NCBI GenBank assembly: GCA_964016885.1
Contig: OZ024756.1
Location: 37,386,001 to 37,450,000, forward strand
Direction: 5' to 3'
From: Eledone cirrhosa
Taxonomy: Eukaryota
Length of the DNA stretch: 64,000 bases
Numbering within the stretch: position 1 is the first letter of the stretch; the number at the start of each line of letters is the position of its first letter. Shown piece after piece: positions 13,801 through 24,599 of the stretch. The position numbers and the translations under genes are program-made. The notes under the pieces are model-generated. The model ran no database searches, had not been told where the DNA came from, and worked only from the letters and a program-made list of their open reading frames with translations.

Positions 13801-16058
13801 TGTCACAATAAAATGCACCCTGTACACTCTGTAAAGATGTTGATGTTAAAAGGAGGTGCCAGCTGTAGAAAACATGCCCCCCCCCAAAAAAAGTTTATAG
13901 AGTGTACTGGGTGCATTTTATTGTGGCATCAACACTATTACTTTACTGAGTGTACTGGGTGCGTTTTATTGTGGCATCAGCACTACCACTTTACAGAGTG
14001 TATTGGGTGCGTTTTATTGTGGCATCAGCATTACCACTTTACAGAGTGTACTGGGTGCATTTTATTGTGACATCAGCACTACCACTTTACAGAGTGTACT
14101 GGGTGCATTTTATTGTGGCATCAGCACTACCACTTTACAGAGTGTACTGGGTGCATTTTATTGTGGCACCAGCAGTACCACTTTACAGAGTGTATTGGGT
14201 GCATTTTATTGTGACATCAGCACTACCACTTTACAGAGTGTACTGGGTGTGTTTTATTGTGGCATCAGCATTACCACTTTACAGAGTGTATTGGGTGCAT
14301 TTTATTGTGGCATCAGCACTCCCACTTTACAGAGTGTACTGGGTGCATTTTATTGTGGCACCAGCAGTACCACTTTACAGAGTGTATTGGGTGCATTTTA
14401 TTGTGACATCAGCACTACCACTTTACAGAGTGTACTGGGTGTGTTTTATTGTGGCATCAGCATTACCACTTTACAGAGTGTATTGGGTGCATTTTATTGT
14501 GGCATCAGCACTACCACTTTACAGAGTGTACTGGGTGCATTTTATTGTGGCACCAGCAGTACCACTTTACAGAGTGTACTGGGTGCATTTTATTATAGCA
14601 CCAGCACTAGAGTGCTTATTGCGTCCTCGGCAAGGCTGAAAAGTCTTCTCTATCTTTACCTTGTCTTTGTTCAATCACCAACCACATTATTGAGGCTAAG
14701 TGGTGATGATGATGATGATATTGTTGTTGATGAAGTTAATGGTTTGTGTGTATATCTCTGTCTGTCTAGATGCTGGTTGTGTTCAAGTCGCCCCCCATCC
14801 TGAAGCACGCCCTTACAGTCAAGCAGTCTATGATGCAGCTCTATGTTCTGAAACTACTCAAGATGCAAACCAAGTACCTCGGACGACAGTGGAGGAAAAG
14901 CAACATGAAAACCATGTCAGCTATTTACCAGAAGGTCCGACATAGACTCAATGATGACTGGGCTTTTGGAAATGGTGAGTACTTCTTGTGTGGCTCGGTG
15001 GCTCGGTGAATTCCTGTGTATGTTCTTGTCTGCTTTTGTGTGACTATACACTACACACCACCCACTACATAACTCACTATACACTACATAACACCACTAC
15101 ATAACACACTATCACTACACATCACCCAGTACATAACACACTATCACTACATAACACCACTACATAACACACTATCACTACACACCACCACTACATAACA
15201 CACTATCACTACACACCACCACTACATAACACACTATCGCTACACACCACCACTACATAACACACTATCACTACACACCACAACAACACACATACAGCAC
15301 ACTACCACTCCACATACTACACTACACTACCTCTACACACCACCACCACACTACCTCTACACACCACCACCACACTACCTCTACACACCACCACCACCAC
15401 ACCTCTACACACCACCAATACACACACACCACCACCCCATCACCAATACACACACACCACCACCCCACCACCAATACACACACCCCACCACCCCACCACC
15501 ACCACACCACCAATACACACACACCACCCCACCAATACACACCACCACCACCAATACACACCACCACCACCACACTACCAATACACACCACCACCACCAC
15601 CACACCACCAATACACACCACCACCACCACCACACCACCACTCCACCACCACCACACCACCAATACACACACACCACCAATACATACACACCACCACCCC
15701 ACCAATACACACCACCACCACCACCAATACAACAACACCAACAACAACAACATACACTGCCACAGTAACTGTTGTGTGTTCTAAGCTAGTTTCTGTTGTT
15801 TTTCCAGAACTTGATGCGAAACCATGGGATTTCCAAGCTGAAGAGTGTGCGCTCCGGGCATGTGTCGACCGGTTCAACAACCGGAGGTATGGCACCAATG
15901 GAACAGACGTGAACTTCACACCAGTAGATAACTGTATCCTCAGCGTTCTAGGACAAAATCTGCAGCTCAGCGATGACTTTAAACATAACTATGAGCTGTG
16001 GTTGGAACAAGAGGTTTTCACTAACCAGGTCGATTGGGACCAGATTTTACACCAGTGA
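768..16058 (+). CDS. STRIP1: Striatin-interacting protein (STRIP1/STRIP2, FAM40 family), 3' portion; spliced join(768..897,1840..1911,2703..2777,3508..3593,[9175..9216?],11271..11397,12577..12677,12837..12903,13360..13464,14770..14974,15808..16058); 5' exons lie upstream of the window
   Basis: Ten AG/GT-bounded exons join with compatible phases into one frame. The protein matches the STRIP C-terminal region as recalled (LLKILLAA.PTSK; TTVLQSMKL.ID.NRHKEI; FCWRNLFSCINLLRILNKL; QTKYLGRQWRKSNMKTMSAIYQKVRHRLNDDWA; PWDFQAEECALR; PVDNC..SVLG) and ends at TGA 16056-16058. Confidence 0.96.
941..1085 (+). mobile_element. 5'-truncated tRNA-derived SINE (same family as 30675-30890)
   Basis: Shares 'ccttgagcaagacactttatttcacgttgctccttctacc...gaaagtcgatcg' with 30675-30890, 36727-36900(-), 44315-44450 and 60170-60388(-). 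Confidence 0.8.
1840..1911 (+). CDS. STRIP1: STRIP exon (HLYISLSELQIKREDEIARNPFSM)
   Basis: ttttacag acceptor and gtaagt donor; 72 nt, phase 0-0. Confidence 0.9.
2007..2402 (+). mobile_element. Tandem dimer of a piggyBac-type MITE
   Basis: Starts TTAA|CCCTTTAGCATTTA; two ~200-bp units fuse at ~2200; ends AATGCTAAAAGG. Confidence 0.75.
2703..2777 (+). CDS. STRIP1: STRIP exon (PEKEIPNTPTELLYQALLPSLPQYS)
   Basis: ttgttgtag acceptor and gtaagt donor; 75 nt; contains the LYQ.LLPSLPQY motif. Confidence 0.92.
3220..3476 (+). mobile_element. RTE-clade (RTE-X-like) LINE 3' fragment with (AGT)n tail
   Basis: Frameshifted translation GHCIRHPEETASQLVLWKPTVGRR...FIDTLLRDAN...LDRDDWRK, then a stop and an (AGT)12 tail. 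Confidence 0.7.
3508..3593 (+). CDS. STRIP1: STRIP exon (ISLLKILLAASPTSKTKSESINILTDVLP)
   Basis: ctttcag acceptor and gtgagt donor; 86 nt, ends in phase 2. Confidence 0.93.
4436..9125. repeat. Intronic minisatellite, 59-bp unit, roughly 78 copies
   Basis: Unit GTGATGAACCTCACCACATCACCATCATCACCAACACTATATAACCAACCTGTAGTACC; the pattern shifts one base per 60-nt line, so the period is 59. Confidence 0.97.
9175..9216 (+). CDS. Candidate 42-nt STRIP cassette exon (P-NLTNEQEPDTQNI-R)
   Basis: Preceded by a TTAAC branch-like motif and the pyrimidine tract tttcctcaattccattccag; stop-free, phase 2-2; donor AAG|gtttct is weak. No homology support. Confidence 0.45.
9290..9495 (+). mobile_element. Nin-domain tRNA-SINE
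   Basis: A-box ggcagaatcgg, B-box gttcaaatcc, Nin-like core gcctttcat..ggggtcgataaaataaagtaccag. Further copies near 2557, 11590, 11835, 22480(-), 25890(-), 27435(-), 31208, 31390 and 44925. Confidence 0.8.
9495..9530 (+). ncRNA. Minimal type I hammerhead ribozyme motif (family B)
   Basis: CTGATGA(9499-9505)-A-GGAC-tagc-GTCC-GAAA-CG-TC-AAGA; intact core, weakened stem I (TATT/AAGA). Confidence 0.6.
9662..9966 (+). mobile_element. Penelope-like/retrozyme-type fold-back element with hammerhead (family C)
   Basis: 9662-9715 is an inverted partial copy of sequence within 9825-9901; the hammerhead is at 9825-9874; adjoins (TA)n/(GATA)n. Confidence 0.6.
9825..9874 (+). ncRNA. Type I hammerhead ribozyme motif (family C)
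   Basis: CCATTACCAG-CTGAGGA-TCTgctaAGGT-GAA-ACAATTGT-T-CTCGGTATGG; palindromic stem III; GUU cleavage triplet. Confidence 0.65.
10436..10552. mobile_element. Tc1/mariner-type MITE
   Basis: ~30-bp TIRs (CAGGGTGGGCCAGAATTCATGACTC... / ...GAGTCATGAATTCTGGCCCACCCAG) flanked by TA. Confidence 0.8.
10603..10812. mobile_element. Fold-back repeat element (family H), probably Penelope-like
   Basis: ~56-bp imperfect inverted repeat (10682-10737 / 10757-10812) between TA tracts; relatives at 25305, 33640, 36519, 36915 and 56150. Confidence 0.55.
10848..11192. mobile_element. Fold-back repeat element (family I), probably Penelope-like
   Basis: Internal ~50-bp inverted duplication; a reverse-oriented relative sits at 28485-28900; both are flanked by (TA)n. 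Confidence 0.55.
11271..11397 (+). CDS. STRIP1: STRIP exon (TTVLQSMKLEIDINRHKEIITKAISGLLLLLLKHFKLNHIYQ)
   Basis: tatttcag acceptor and gtaaga donor; 127 nt. Confidence 0.95.
12118..12400 (-). mobile_element. RTE LINE 3' fragment
   Basis: ORF 12140..12382: RERRLCWYGHVMRMEDD..KKCQEMPVEGRPRKTW; (GAT)n tail. Confidence 0.9.
12577..12677 (+). CDS. STRIP1: STRIP exon (FEFLSQHLVLANCIPLVLKFFNQNIMSYVATKN)
   Basis: tttcag acceptor and gtaagt donor; 101 nt. Confidence 0.95.
12837..12903 (+). CDS. STRIP1: STRIP exon (SIVPLDFPSCVIGEQVEITGENL)
   Basis: tctttcag acceptor and gtaagt donor; 67 nt. Confidence 0.92.
13120..13292. repeat. 72-bp tandem repeat, about 2.3 copies
   Basis: TATCAC anchors at 13131, 13203 and 13275. 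Confidence 0.85.
13360..13464 (+). CDS. STRIP1: STRIP exon (ENGDDQVFCWRNLFSCINLLRILNKLIKWKHARTM)
   Basis: ttctgcag acceptor and gtaagt donor; 105 nt. Confidence 0.95.
13893..14607. repeat. 48-bp minisatellite (about 15 copies) derived from a SINE segment
   Basis: Unit TTTACAGAGTGTACTGGGTGCATTTTATTGTGGCATCAGCACTACCAC is the reverse complement of the SINE segment aaaagcacccag..cactctgtaaagtgg. Confidence 0.92.
14770..14974 (+). CDS. STRIP1: STRIP exon (MLVVFKSPPILKH...RLNDDWAFGN)
   Basis: tgtctag acceptor and gtgagt donor; 205 nt; lies within ORF 14770..15009. Confidence 0.96.
15045..15760. repeat. CAC/ACT-rich low-complexity and short-unit tandem repeats
   Basis: Direct inspection. Confidence 0.85.
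15808..16058 (+). CDS. STRIP1: STRIP terminal coding exon (ELDAKPWDFQAEEC...VDWDQILHQ*)
   Basis: tttccag acceptor; stop TGA at 16056-16058; lies within ORF 15774..16058. Confidence 0.95.
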
Positions 16059-16377
16059 ACCACCAGTGTTGGGGGTCACTGATGGCTGGGAGGGAGGAAG
16101 TGGACAATGTGGAAATAGTCACCCTCGTCTTCTTCCCCCTTCTTCAGTTGACCTGACCCTGACCCTGACCCCCCCCCCCTCTCTTTCAGCTGGGTATCAG
16201 ACACATGTGTTGTCTGCGATACCCAGCTCTCCTTTCTAATTATTTAGGGGTGTACAGGCACTGGCTAAGTTGAAGTGAAAGGGAGTGCCTTGTTCTTAAA
16301 GTGTGTAGTTGTGTTGTTAGGGAATGTGGTTCTACAGGATTTATAAGTGCAGAAATTGATGATACTGTGTTTAGGAA

Positions 16378-16557
16378 GGTTGGTTGGTTGGCTGGTTGGT
16401 TGGTTGGTTGGTTGGTTGGTTGGTTGGTTGGTTGGCTGGTTGGTTGGTTGGCTGGTTGGTTGGTTGGTTGGTTGGTTGGCTGGTTGGCTGGTTGGCTGGT
16501 TGGTTGATTGGTTGGCTGGCTGGTTGGTTGATTGGTTGGCTGGTTGGTTGGTTGGAC
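16378..16557. repeat. (GGTT)n microsatellite
   Basis: Direct inspection. Confidence 0.92.
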
Positions 16558-16688
16558 TGAGATACAGAAACAGATTCGTAGACATATTCAGGGTCTTGAG
16601 ATGATAATAAAGAGGGGGAAACAGGGGATCTTCTTTGGCAAACTTAATTTATTGTAATGCTTTTCAGCTGTGTATATAAGTGTGAATA

Positions 16689-16735
<47 letters not shown>

Positions 16736-17013
16736 AAGATGATAGGAAAACTAAAACTCAACAAGGACTGGTTTGAACGCATATATATATATATATATTT
16801 TTTTTTTTTAAAATAACTCTCTACTACACATAGAGCACTCTTCTTTCCTTTACCTTTTCTTTACTACGGAAATACTTAACACACACACACACATACGCAT
16901 ATATATACATGTATATTTACTCCAGTAATCTGTTGAGCGCTCTAAATTAGTTATAAACATTTATATTTGTTGGACTTCCAACAAATTAAATACCCCTTCT
17001 ACTTATACATGTA

Positions 17014-17072
<59 letters not shown>

Positions 17073-17913
17073 ATATATGCACTCACACACTAACACATTC
17101 TGTTACTCACTTTTCAATCAATATATATAAATACACACAGATAGTATATTTTTATACAATGTGTGCATAGAGTTATATATATATGTGTGTGTGTAGATAT
17201 AGTAGATATATATATCTATACACACTCAAACACATTCAGTTGTGGTATATGTATCTTGTATCCTCTCGTTCAAGCTTGTCATATAGAGATATGTCTATAA
17301 CTTAAAAAAAAAAAAAAAAAGGAAATCCCCTTAAAATCGTTTCAAGTCCCTGATCCCCTGACTTCATATTTACTACGGCTCCAAAAAGTTTTCTGACTTG
17401 TTTCCCTCACTCTCAACGCTCGGTGTAGGTTGCGGTTGTGTTGGAACTTGTATTACTGGCTTTTGATATACATAATTCATTGGTCCTACTTGGTTGGCTG
17501 TGAAGACACATGGCCTAATGGTTAGGGTATTGGAATCAATTTCTGGACTTGGCAGCACATTGTCTTGTTTTTCATGATAGGACTGGAAAACCCTGTCATT
17601 AAAACATCCATGAGATGCAACCTTGTAGGAGGCTAGCTAAAACATATTTTAGGTATGAGCTGTAAATTTCATTTTTTTTTTTTTTTTTTTCTCTTATTGG
17701 TTGGCATTGTCTGAAAGTAAAAAAAAAACCCAACCAATTAACCAATAAGAACAATACAATAAGATCTGAAGAAATGAGTTTCCGATAAATTTATTTCAAT
17801 TTTATATGAGATGAGTCTGAAATGGTGGTGTGATAATAGTTTAGTATGGAGCATTTAAAGTTTTTAATGGAAAATGTTAATATATGGGTCATAGTCAGCC
17901 TGAGGATATATAT

Positions 17914-17974
<61 letters not shown>

Positions 17975-18058
17975 AACACACAAATACATGTGTGTTTGTC
18001 TGGTTAAGCAAGTTTCATATCAAAAGGCAAAGCATTTAATAAAATAAATACAGAACTC

Positions 18059-18093
<35 letters not shown>

Positions 18094-18340
18094 ATACCTG
18101 TAATATATTATTTATATGAAACAGTTATAGACTCCCTGTCAAACTATGTGACTATTAGTCTCAAAGAGACTCAAACTGGTTGAGTACTAATCAGACATGC
18201 TCAACCGTTCATCACCTGCATGTCTGAATAGATTTCTCAAAGAATCCAGATTAATAAACTCTGCTATTAAGGTGTTGAGGTGTTGATTGATGTCATGGAA
18301 GGAATATATTAGTTTAACGCTTGAAATAACAGGAAGAGGG

Positions 18341-18376
18341 TCTTAACGTTTCGGACGTTAATCCTTCATCAGAAGA
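18341..18376 (-). ncRNA. Minimal hammerhead motif (family B)
   Basis: Reverse complement reads TCTT-CTGATGA-A-GGATtaacGTCC-GAAA-CG-TT-AAGA. Confidence 0.65.
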
Positions 18377-18554
18377 AAGAATGAGAAATAGAAAGATTGA
18401 GAAGACAGGCAAGGCAGAAACTGAAAAAAATTTTTTTAGAGAAAAATAACAGGTCCTTTGATGTTGCCATCTCTTGGAAAACTGTTGATGCTGGCGTTTT
18501 GTGTATGATATACTTTTTTATGAAGCACGTCTATGTATTGCAATGATAATATAT

Positions 18555-18757
18555 GCAAAAACCAAAATCCAGAGCGGACTCTATAAAGAATTCTTTATAT
18601 ATGAGTATATATAAACCTGTAGAGGAAATATTTATTATTAGCACAGATTAAATGTTTAAACAAACAATTTCTGCTTTTACCCAAAAGTGAGAATTTCTGA
18701 AAGATCCTGCTTTGGGGTGAAAGCAAAAGTTGTTTGCTTAAACTTTTAATCTGTGCT

Positions 18758-18765
<8 letters not shown>
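18555..18765. mobile_element. Fold-back element with degenerate hammerhead (family E)
   Basis: Inverted repeat attagcacagattaaa.../...tttaatctgtgctaat; motif CTGAAAGA...GGGT-GAAA-GCA...TGC-TT-AAACT. Confidence 0.55.
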
Positions 18766-18788
<23 letters not shown>

Positions 18789-19072
18789 TACACACACACA
18801 CACACATACATATATACATACACACACATATATATATATATATATATAATAACCCTCCCACACTCATATATAAACATACATACATATATATAAATACTTG
18901 TTTTGTGTGTGTTATAAATACACAACACATGCTCCCTATGCAGGACTCATATACTGTATATAGATTCTATATAAGATTTGTTTTTGATAGTGATTAACTT
19001 CAGAATTTCGACAAAACAGAAATTATATTATCTCTCTCTCTCTCTCACTCACACATGTCTGTATGTAAGAGA

Positions 19073-19115
<43 letters not shown>

Positions 19116-20089
19116 CGTTGTAGTTTGCTTGAAGCAATATTGAATAGGAAATATAAATTTAAAAGCCATTCAATGCATTAGAAATAAAGTGGTGTCAATA
19201 TAACAATAAAATCTTATCGTAGCAAATTTAATAATCCCAAATATTTTTGGTTTAAAATCCCATTATCAAGGGAGTATCTCTATGAAGGTCTTAAAGGATC
19301 AGTCAGAGATGATTTGTTAGGAAGGTAGATTTAAGTTAAATGTATGAATATGCTTATATATATAATATATATACACACATTCAAAGATCACCAAATGTAT
19401 TGGTATCTCTTGGTCTTTCTTTTATACTTGAATATTTTGAGAGATCAATATTGTGAAGCCAGTATCAAATACATTTATTATAGATCTTCCTAATTTGGTT
19501 TTTGCTCCTGTGTTTTAACTCTAATAAAATCAAGATTCATTGAGGATGAGGTATTCAGGTTTCTGTTATGTTTAGATAATGTTTCTAGCTAATAAAACAA
19601 AGCTGTTATCTTGTTGTTTGTGACCGTGTTTCTAATGAAATACACTCTGTTTTAATTAATTAATGAATAATTTTGGAAGATTTTAATAATGATGAAAGGA
19701 AATTGAAATAAAGAGTAGTTTGGCTTAATACTAGAATTACAAAATATGAATAGACACTATCTTTTCCCCTGCATATTGAGGCCTCTATGGATTACACATG
19801 GGATCTATTTTCTCAGAAAGGCTAAAAATATGTACATTAAGTATATGACATTAAGTGCAATATCAGTGCTCCACTTATATATATAACTGATTGTATTTTC
19901 GTTGCTATGGCGGCTTGTGTGGCTATGTCCCCTAGCCACAGTTTTCAATTTGTCACGCTATTTAACTTACTCTAAGGTGTAGCCTATCAATTTATCGATA
20001 CATTCTTATTGAGTGCTTCGTGCAAACCCGAATTGTTACTTCGTGGGTTTGGCCAACTGCCATAAGTTCGATTTTACTAACCTTCCACT

Positions 20090-20137
<48 letters not shown>

Positions 20138-20311
20138 TATCACATTGAAGTTGTGATAGAGCGGACACCAGTCGACTTATCTGAGTCTGTCCCCAAGCAG
20201 TCAATGATGTGAACACATTTGTGAGAGGAAACTCCGTGAATAATATATAGACCATGTGTATATAGTCATAGTATAGAACAATGATGAATACCAAATATAT
20301 ATATGTATATA

Positions 20312-20760
20312 ATCATCACCATCATCGCTGTTTTACATCTATTTTCCATGGTTGCATGGGTTAGATGGGTTGCCACGTACTTAGAACTCAGATGACCACA
20401 TCTGATTCATACGTTCCATTCTGACATGGTTTCTACGACCGGGTGCCCTTCCTAATGCCAACCACTACATGGCATGTACCAGGTTCATTTTATCATGGCA
20501 CTGTTACTACCACCCGACAGGGTGGACTGGGTTCTTTTTATCATTGCACCAGTACTACCACTTTACAGAGTGGGTTGGGTGTATTTTATTGTGGCATCAG
20601 CACTACCACTTTACAGAGTTGACTGGGTGTATTTTATTGTGGCACCAGCACTACCACTTTTCAGAGTTGACTGGGTGTATTTTATTGTGGCACCAGCACT
20701 ACCATTTTTAACACTGGGGCACTTGTTGTGTCCTCAGCCAGTCTGTGGGTAGTGGGTGAT
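20312..20760 (-). mobile_element. SINE with an internal ~5x expansion of the 48-bp unit
   Basis: RTE-type tail, ggaagggca..cc motif, and the same 48-bp unit as 13893-14607. Confidence 0.75.
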
Positions 20761-21912
20761 AACAAACGCTACTTGTTCTTTTCCAAAGGAGGGTATGAGA
20801 GCGATAGGAGACCTTAAAGAGTGACACTTAGCAATACATTGTAGGGTATACCTGTCTTTCCATGCTGGCATGGGCTGGACAGGTTTACGACTGGTGGGAT
20901 TAAGCTGAGGGAGGGTTCAGATCGTATGTTGGAAGAGGACGACTCTGTGAGGGAAGGAGGTTAGTTAATGAGGTTGGGAGTTGGAAGGGGGTATATTTGA
21001 CAAAGCAAGGGGCGCCTAAATATCGTTACTCTTTGTTTTTTAACTACCCTCCTCTTATATTTATATATATTGAACAATGGAAAGAGTACTCAGAGCATAA
21101 AGTGGAGTTTCTATATTTGAGTAGTACTTCAAGAAACTAGAGCTTCTTGAAGCATTGCTCTCTTTCATATCACTAACAATTGAAAAATGGAATCTGTGTG
21201 ACAGTATATAAGTAAAATTATTCATAAACACGCTGAAATATAATCAGACATTGAGATTTAATTTGTTGAAAAAAAAAAAAACTTTAAAAAATACATCACA
21301 CATTCTATCTATCTAATTGTCATACACAGAACATGACATCTATTAGCATGCAAACACATATGTGTTTAGTAACATATGTGTAAAATACACAAAATCAATG
21401 AAGGTGGCTCTTTTGTTAATACAGTTTTAGTATTGACGAACAACTTTTTTTTTCTTAATATATGACTACATTTCAAAGAATGGCGAATATATGTGTGGAA
21501 ATAAGCTATTTTTACCTTGTTGAAAATTCCTAAATTAAATCAATCAAATCTCAATTGTTAATCATATTTCGATGTGTTTATGAATGTTTTTGCAATGGGA
21601 AGTTCAGAGTAACAATGCAAGAAGCTTCAGCTTTTAAAAATAATGATGATGATAATAATAAATAATAATAATAGTCAGTGGTGTAGTGCTGTGAGGAACA
21701 ATGTTTCCTTCCTTTTGAAGGAAAAGGGAATGGCATTCCTTCACTATTTCAAATAAATACAAATATTAAATTGTCTAATATAATGATCTTTCTTAATTTT
21801 TTTCACTGAAAGAATTATAAAGGCTCAGAAATTGTTTCAGCTGAGCTGCTGAGGTAATGGTTATGTATAAACTTCAAAACATTGATTTTTGAAGCATTAC
21901 AACATTATTTAT

Positions 21913-22128
21913 CCCTTTAGCATTTATATTATTGTAAATATACTATTATATTTTCATGGTAAAGGCTTTACCTCACAAAATTATCATATAATATCGAATC
22001 TATGAGATTTTGATATTTATTTTGAGATCAATACCATAACATCAATATGAGTGGCCAGTTACAGCCAGTTTGAACAGAAAGAGATAAGGGAATTCTGGCC
22101 GGATACGGCCGGTTTAAATCCTAAAAGG
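21913..22128 (-). mobile_element. piggyBac-type MITE
   Basis: CCCTTTAGCATTTA left end; flanks are TTAT and TTAA. Confidence 0.8.
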
Positions 22129-22200
22129 TTAAGGGTATGGTAAGGACCAGTAACTTCTGGAGGAGTTGTAGGGGTGTTATATTGACATAGTGTTTCTTAA

Positions 22201-22417
22201 CCCTTTAGCATTTAAACTGGCTGTATCTAGCCAAAATTCTCTCACCTTTTTCTGTTCAAACTGGCTGTAACCGGCCACTCATACTGAAGATGATATTCTC
22301 AAAATGAATAATATCAAATCTCATAGATTCGACATTATGTGAGATATTTATGTAAGGTAAAGCCTTTACCATGAAAATACATTAATATATATATAGAGTA
22401 ATGTAAATGCTAAAGGG
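22201..22417 (+). mobile_element. piggyBac-type MITE
   Basis: TTAA|CCCTTTAGCATTTA ... TAAATGCTAAAGGG|TTAA. Confidence 0.9.
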
Positions 22418-22799
22418 TTAAGGTAGTTTTAAAACCTGAGTACAGAAGATTTCTTCCAGAGAAGGATACAGAGAGTGAGGAAGAATCGACCCCAGTACTA
22501 GACTGGTACTTTTTTTTTTATCGACCTCGAATGGATGAAAAGCAAAGTTGACCTCGGCGGGATTTGAACTGAGAAAGCAGAGAGCTGGAATGAATACTGC
22601 AAAGCCCTCTATCTGATGTTCTAACAATTCTGCCAATTTGCTGCCTATAGTTAAACTCACTAAAGATTGTGGGAGCTAGAATTTTCAATGTTTGTAAAGG
22701 ATTTATTTGTAAGTCTACAAAATACTTCAGCAATGGTGGTGTAGTCACTGCCTCCGTCTATCACGTTCTCCCCATTTCTCACTATTATAAACAAATAGA

Positions 22800-23090
22800 G
22801 ACCCACGGCCCCGACGGGCAGTATATAGAAAGCGTTTCCCCTGAGCATGGCGAGGGAGACGCACTGGAAGAACCATTCCAGCTCGCACCTGCGGGTAGTC
22901 AACTCCGTGCCGATGGCGGTGAATAGGGAGGTGGTCCTAGGGCCAAGGACACCAGAAGTCTCCAATGATACAGGCCCGACCTCAAACCTGTCGGAGAGCG
23001 ACTGATATTTGGAGAGTTTAGCCTCCTCGGCTGAATGCGACAGGACAGTGGGTGGAAGCTGAGAGAGTCTACGGTGGCTCGCAGATCCGG
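22800..23090 (-). mobile_element. CRE-like non-LTR retrotransposon 3' fragment (C-terminus of the restriction-like endonuclease region)
   Basis: GC-rich island; translation AEEAKLSKYQSL..RFEVGPVSLETSGVLGP...WFFQCVSLAMLRGNA fits the K..KY / P...ET.G..G / Q..S.A..RGNA pattern of CRE-clade elements. Confidence 0.7.
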
Positions 23091-23759
23091 GGGAATTCAC
23101 AAATAAATATTTACTCAGCGTATATTTTTTCTCATCAAGAAAGATAACTCTGTTTTAATACGGGTTATCTCCCGTGATAAAGCATACTTCTTTTTCTTTT
23201 TCTTTTTCTATTCCGTAAACACAATAAACAAACAACATGGCCTGTTATACAAATGTGACGTAATGGTGAACGTGTTACTCTGCAGAACGGCGAGAGAGAT
23301 GAACTGAAAGAAACATTCTACTTTGCAGGGATCCTAATGTTGTCTGGTTAAAAAATTCGCTTCACAACAACGTTTTTTTTTTTTGTTTTTTTTTTGTGGT
23401 TCAAATTTACTGCGTGGAACTTAGGCTAAGTGTCGAGTTGTTCAATGCCTGATGTCTTTAATCATTATCAAAGCTTATATCCATTGAATTACGGTGACTT
23501 AGACAGATAGTCAAACAGGTAGGTAGGTAGAACAAAGTCTGTCTCTTCCGATTGCTTTTCGAATTAGTGCTATGTTATTGTTCTTGTCCGAAGATATATA
23601 TAATTGTTTCTACTTTTGCCACAAGGCCAACAATTATCTCAATGCATTACTGGTACTTTATTTTATTGACCCCATAAGGATGAAAGGCAAAGTTCAATAT
23701 AATGGATAAATAAAACAGATAACTATAGATGGACAGATAGACGGATAAGGTAAAGACTC

Positions 23760-24066
23760 CATTCGGTTACGAATGACCACGAGATTTGCACCTAGAAAAT
23801 ACCCCCCTGAGGTACAACGCCGGGCATGGTTGTTTGTGGAAGACCAGCAGTCGCCCATGTATACAAGTCTCCTCTCTCTACACCACCGACGTTGTCCAAG
23901 GGGAAGACAATGGCTAATGCAGCTTGGCACCAGTGACGTTGCAACTCATTTCTACAGATTAGTGAACTGGAGCAACATGAAATGAAGTGTCTTGCTCAAG
24001 AACAGAACGCAAAGCCCGGTCCGAGAATCGAACTCACAACCTCGTGAATGTAAGCCCAACGCTCTA
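23760..24066 (-). mobile_element. tRNA-derived CORE-type SINE
   Basis: On the minus strand: B-box gagttcgattc and core cttgagcaagacacttcatttc. Confidence 0.75.
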
Positions 24067-24599
24067 GGTAGGTAGATATATAGTCAATTACGTAGATAGA
24101 TAAATAGATATTCTACATTTTTCTAAGGGTATTGATATATATAGATATATGATGACTTGTATATATATGTATGATGACATATATATATATCATCACCATT
24201 TAACGTCCATTTATTTATATACATGTGTGCGTTTGTGTTTACATAATTGTATTTATTACGTTATACATATTTCAATGAAATGGTGGGTAGTTATTTATGT
24301 AATGGTTACATCATTAACTGGCACTGGTGTGACATCATCAGATGCTAACACAATTACGTGAAGTGGTTATGTCGCAGATAACATAGTACCATTCTGATGA
24401 GAATCCAGCAAAAAATATATATACACACACACTTACACATGCATATATATATACCTGCACACACACACACACACAGGCATATATATACATGCACACACAC
24501 ATGTATATGTATACAGGCACACGCATATCTGTGTGTGTATGGAGGTAGATGTATGCATTACCTCCCCCTATTTTAAACAATTTTATCAATTTGACTATT

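Larger units (their letters stand above)
16059..19600 (+). other. Probable STRIP 3' UTR region (end undefined)
   Basis: Follows the stop codon. AATAAA hexamers occur near 16605, 18038, 19183, 19205, 19523 and 19591; which one is used cannot be told from sequence. Confidence 0.35.

Noticed and set aside
13950-14803. Long ORFs (229 and 266 aa) with 16-aa repeats
   Set aside because: By-product of a 48-bp stop-free SINE-derived minisatellite inside a STRIP intron.
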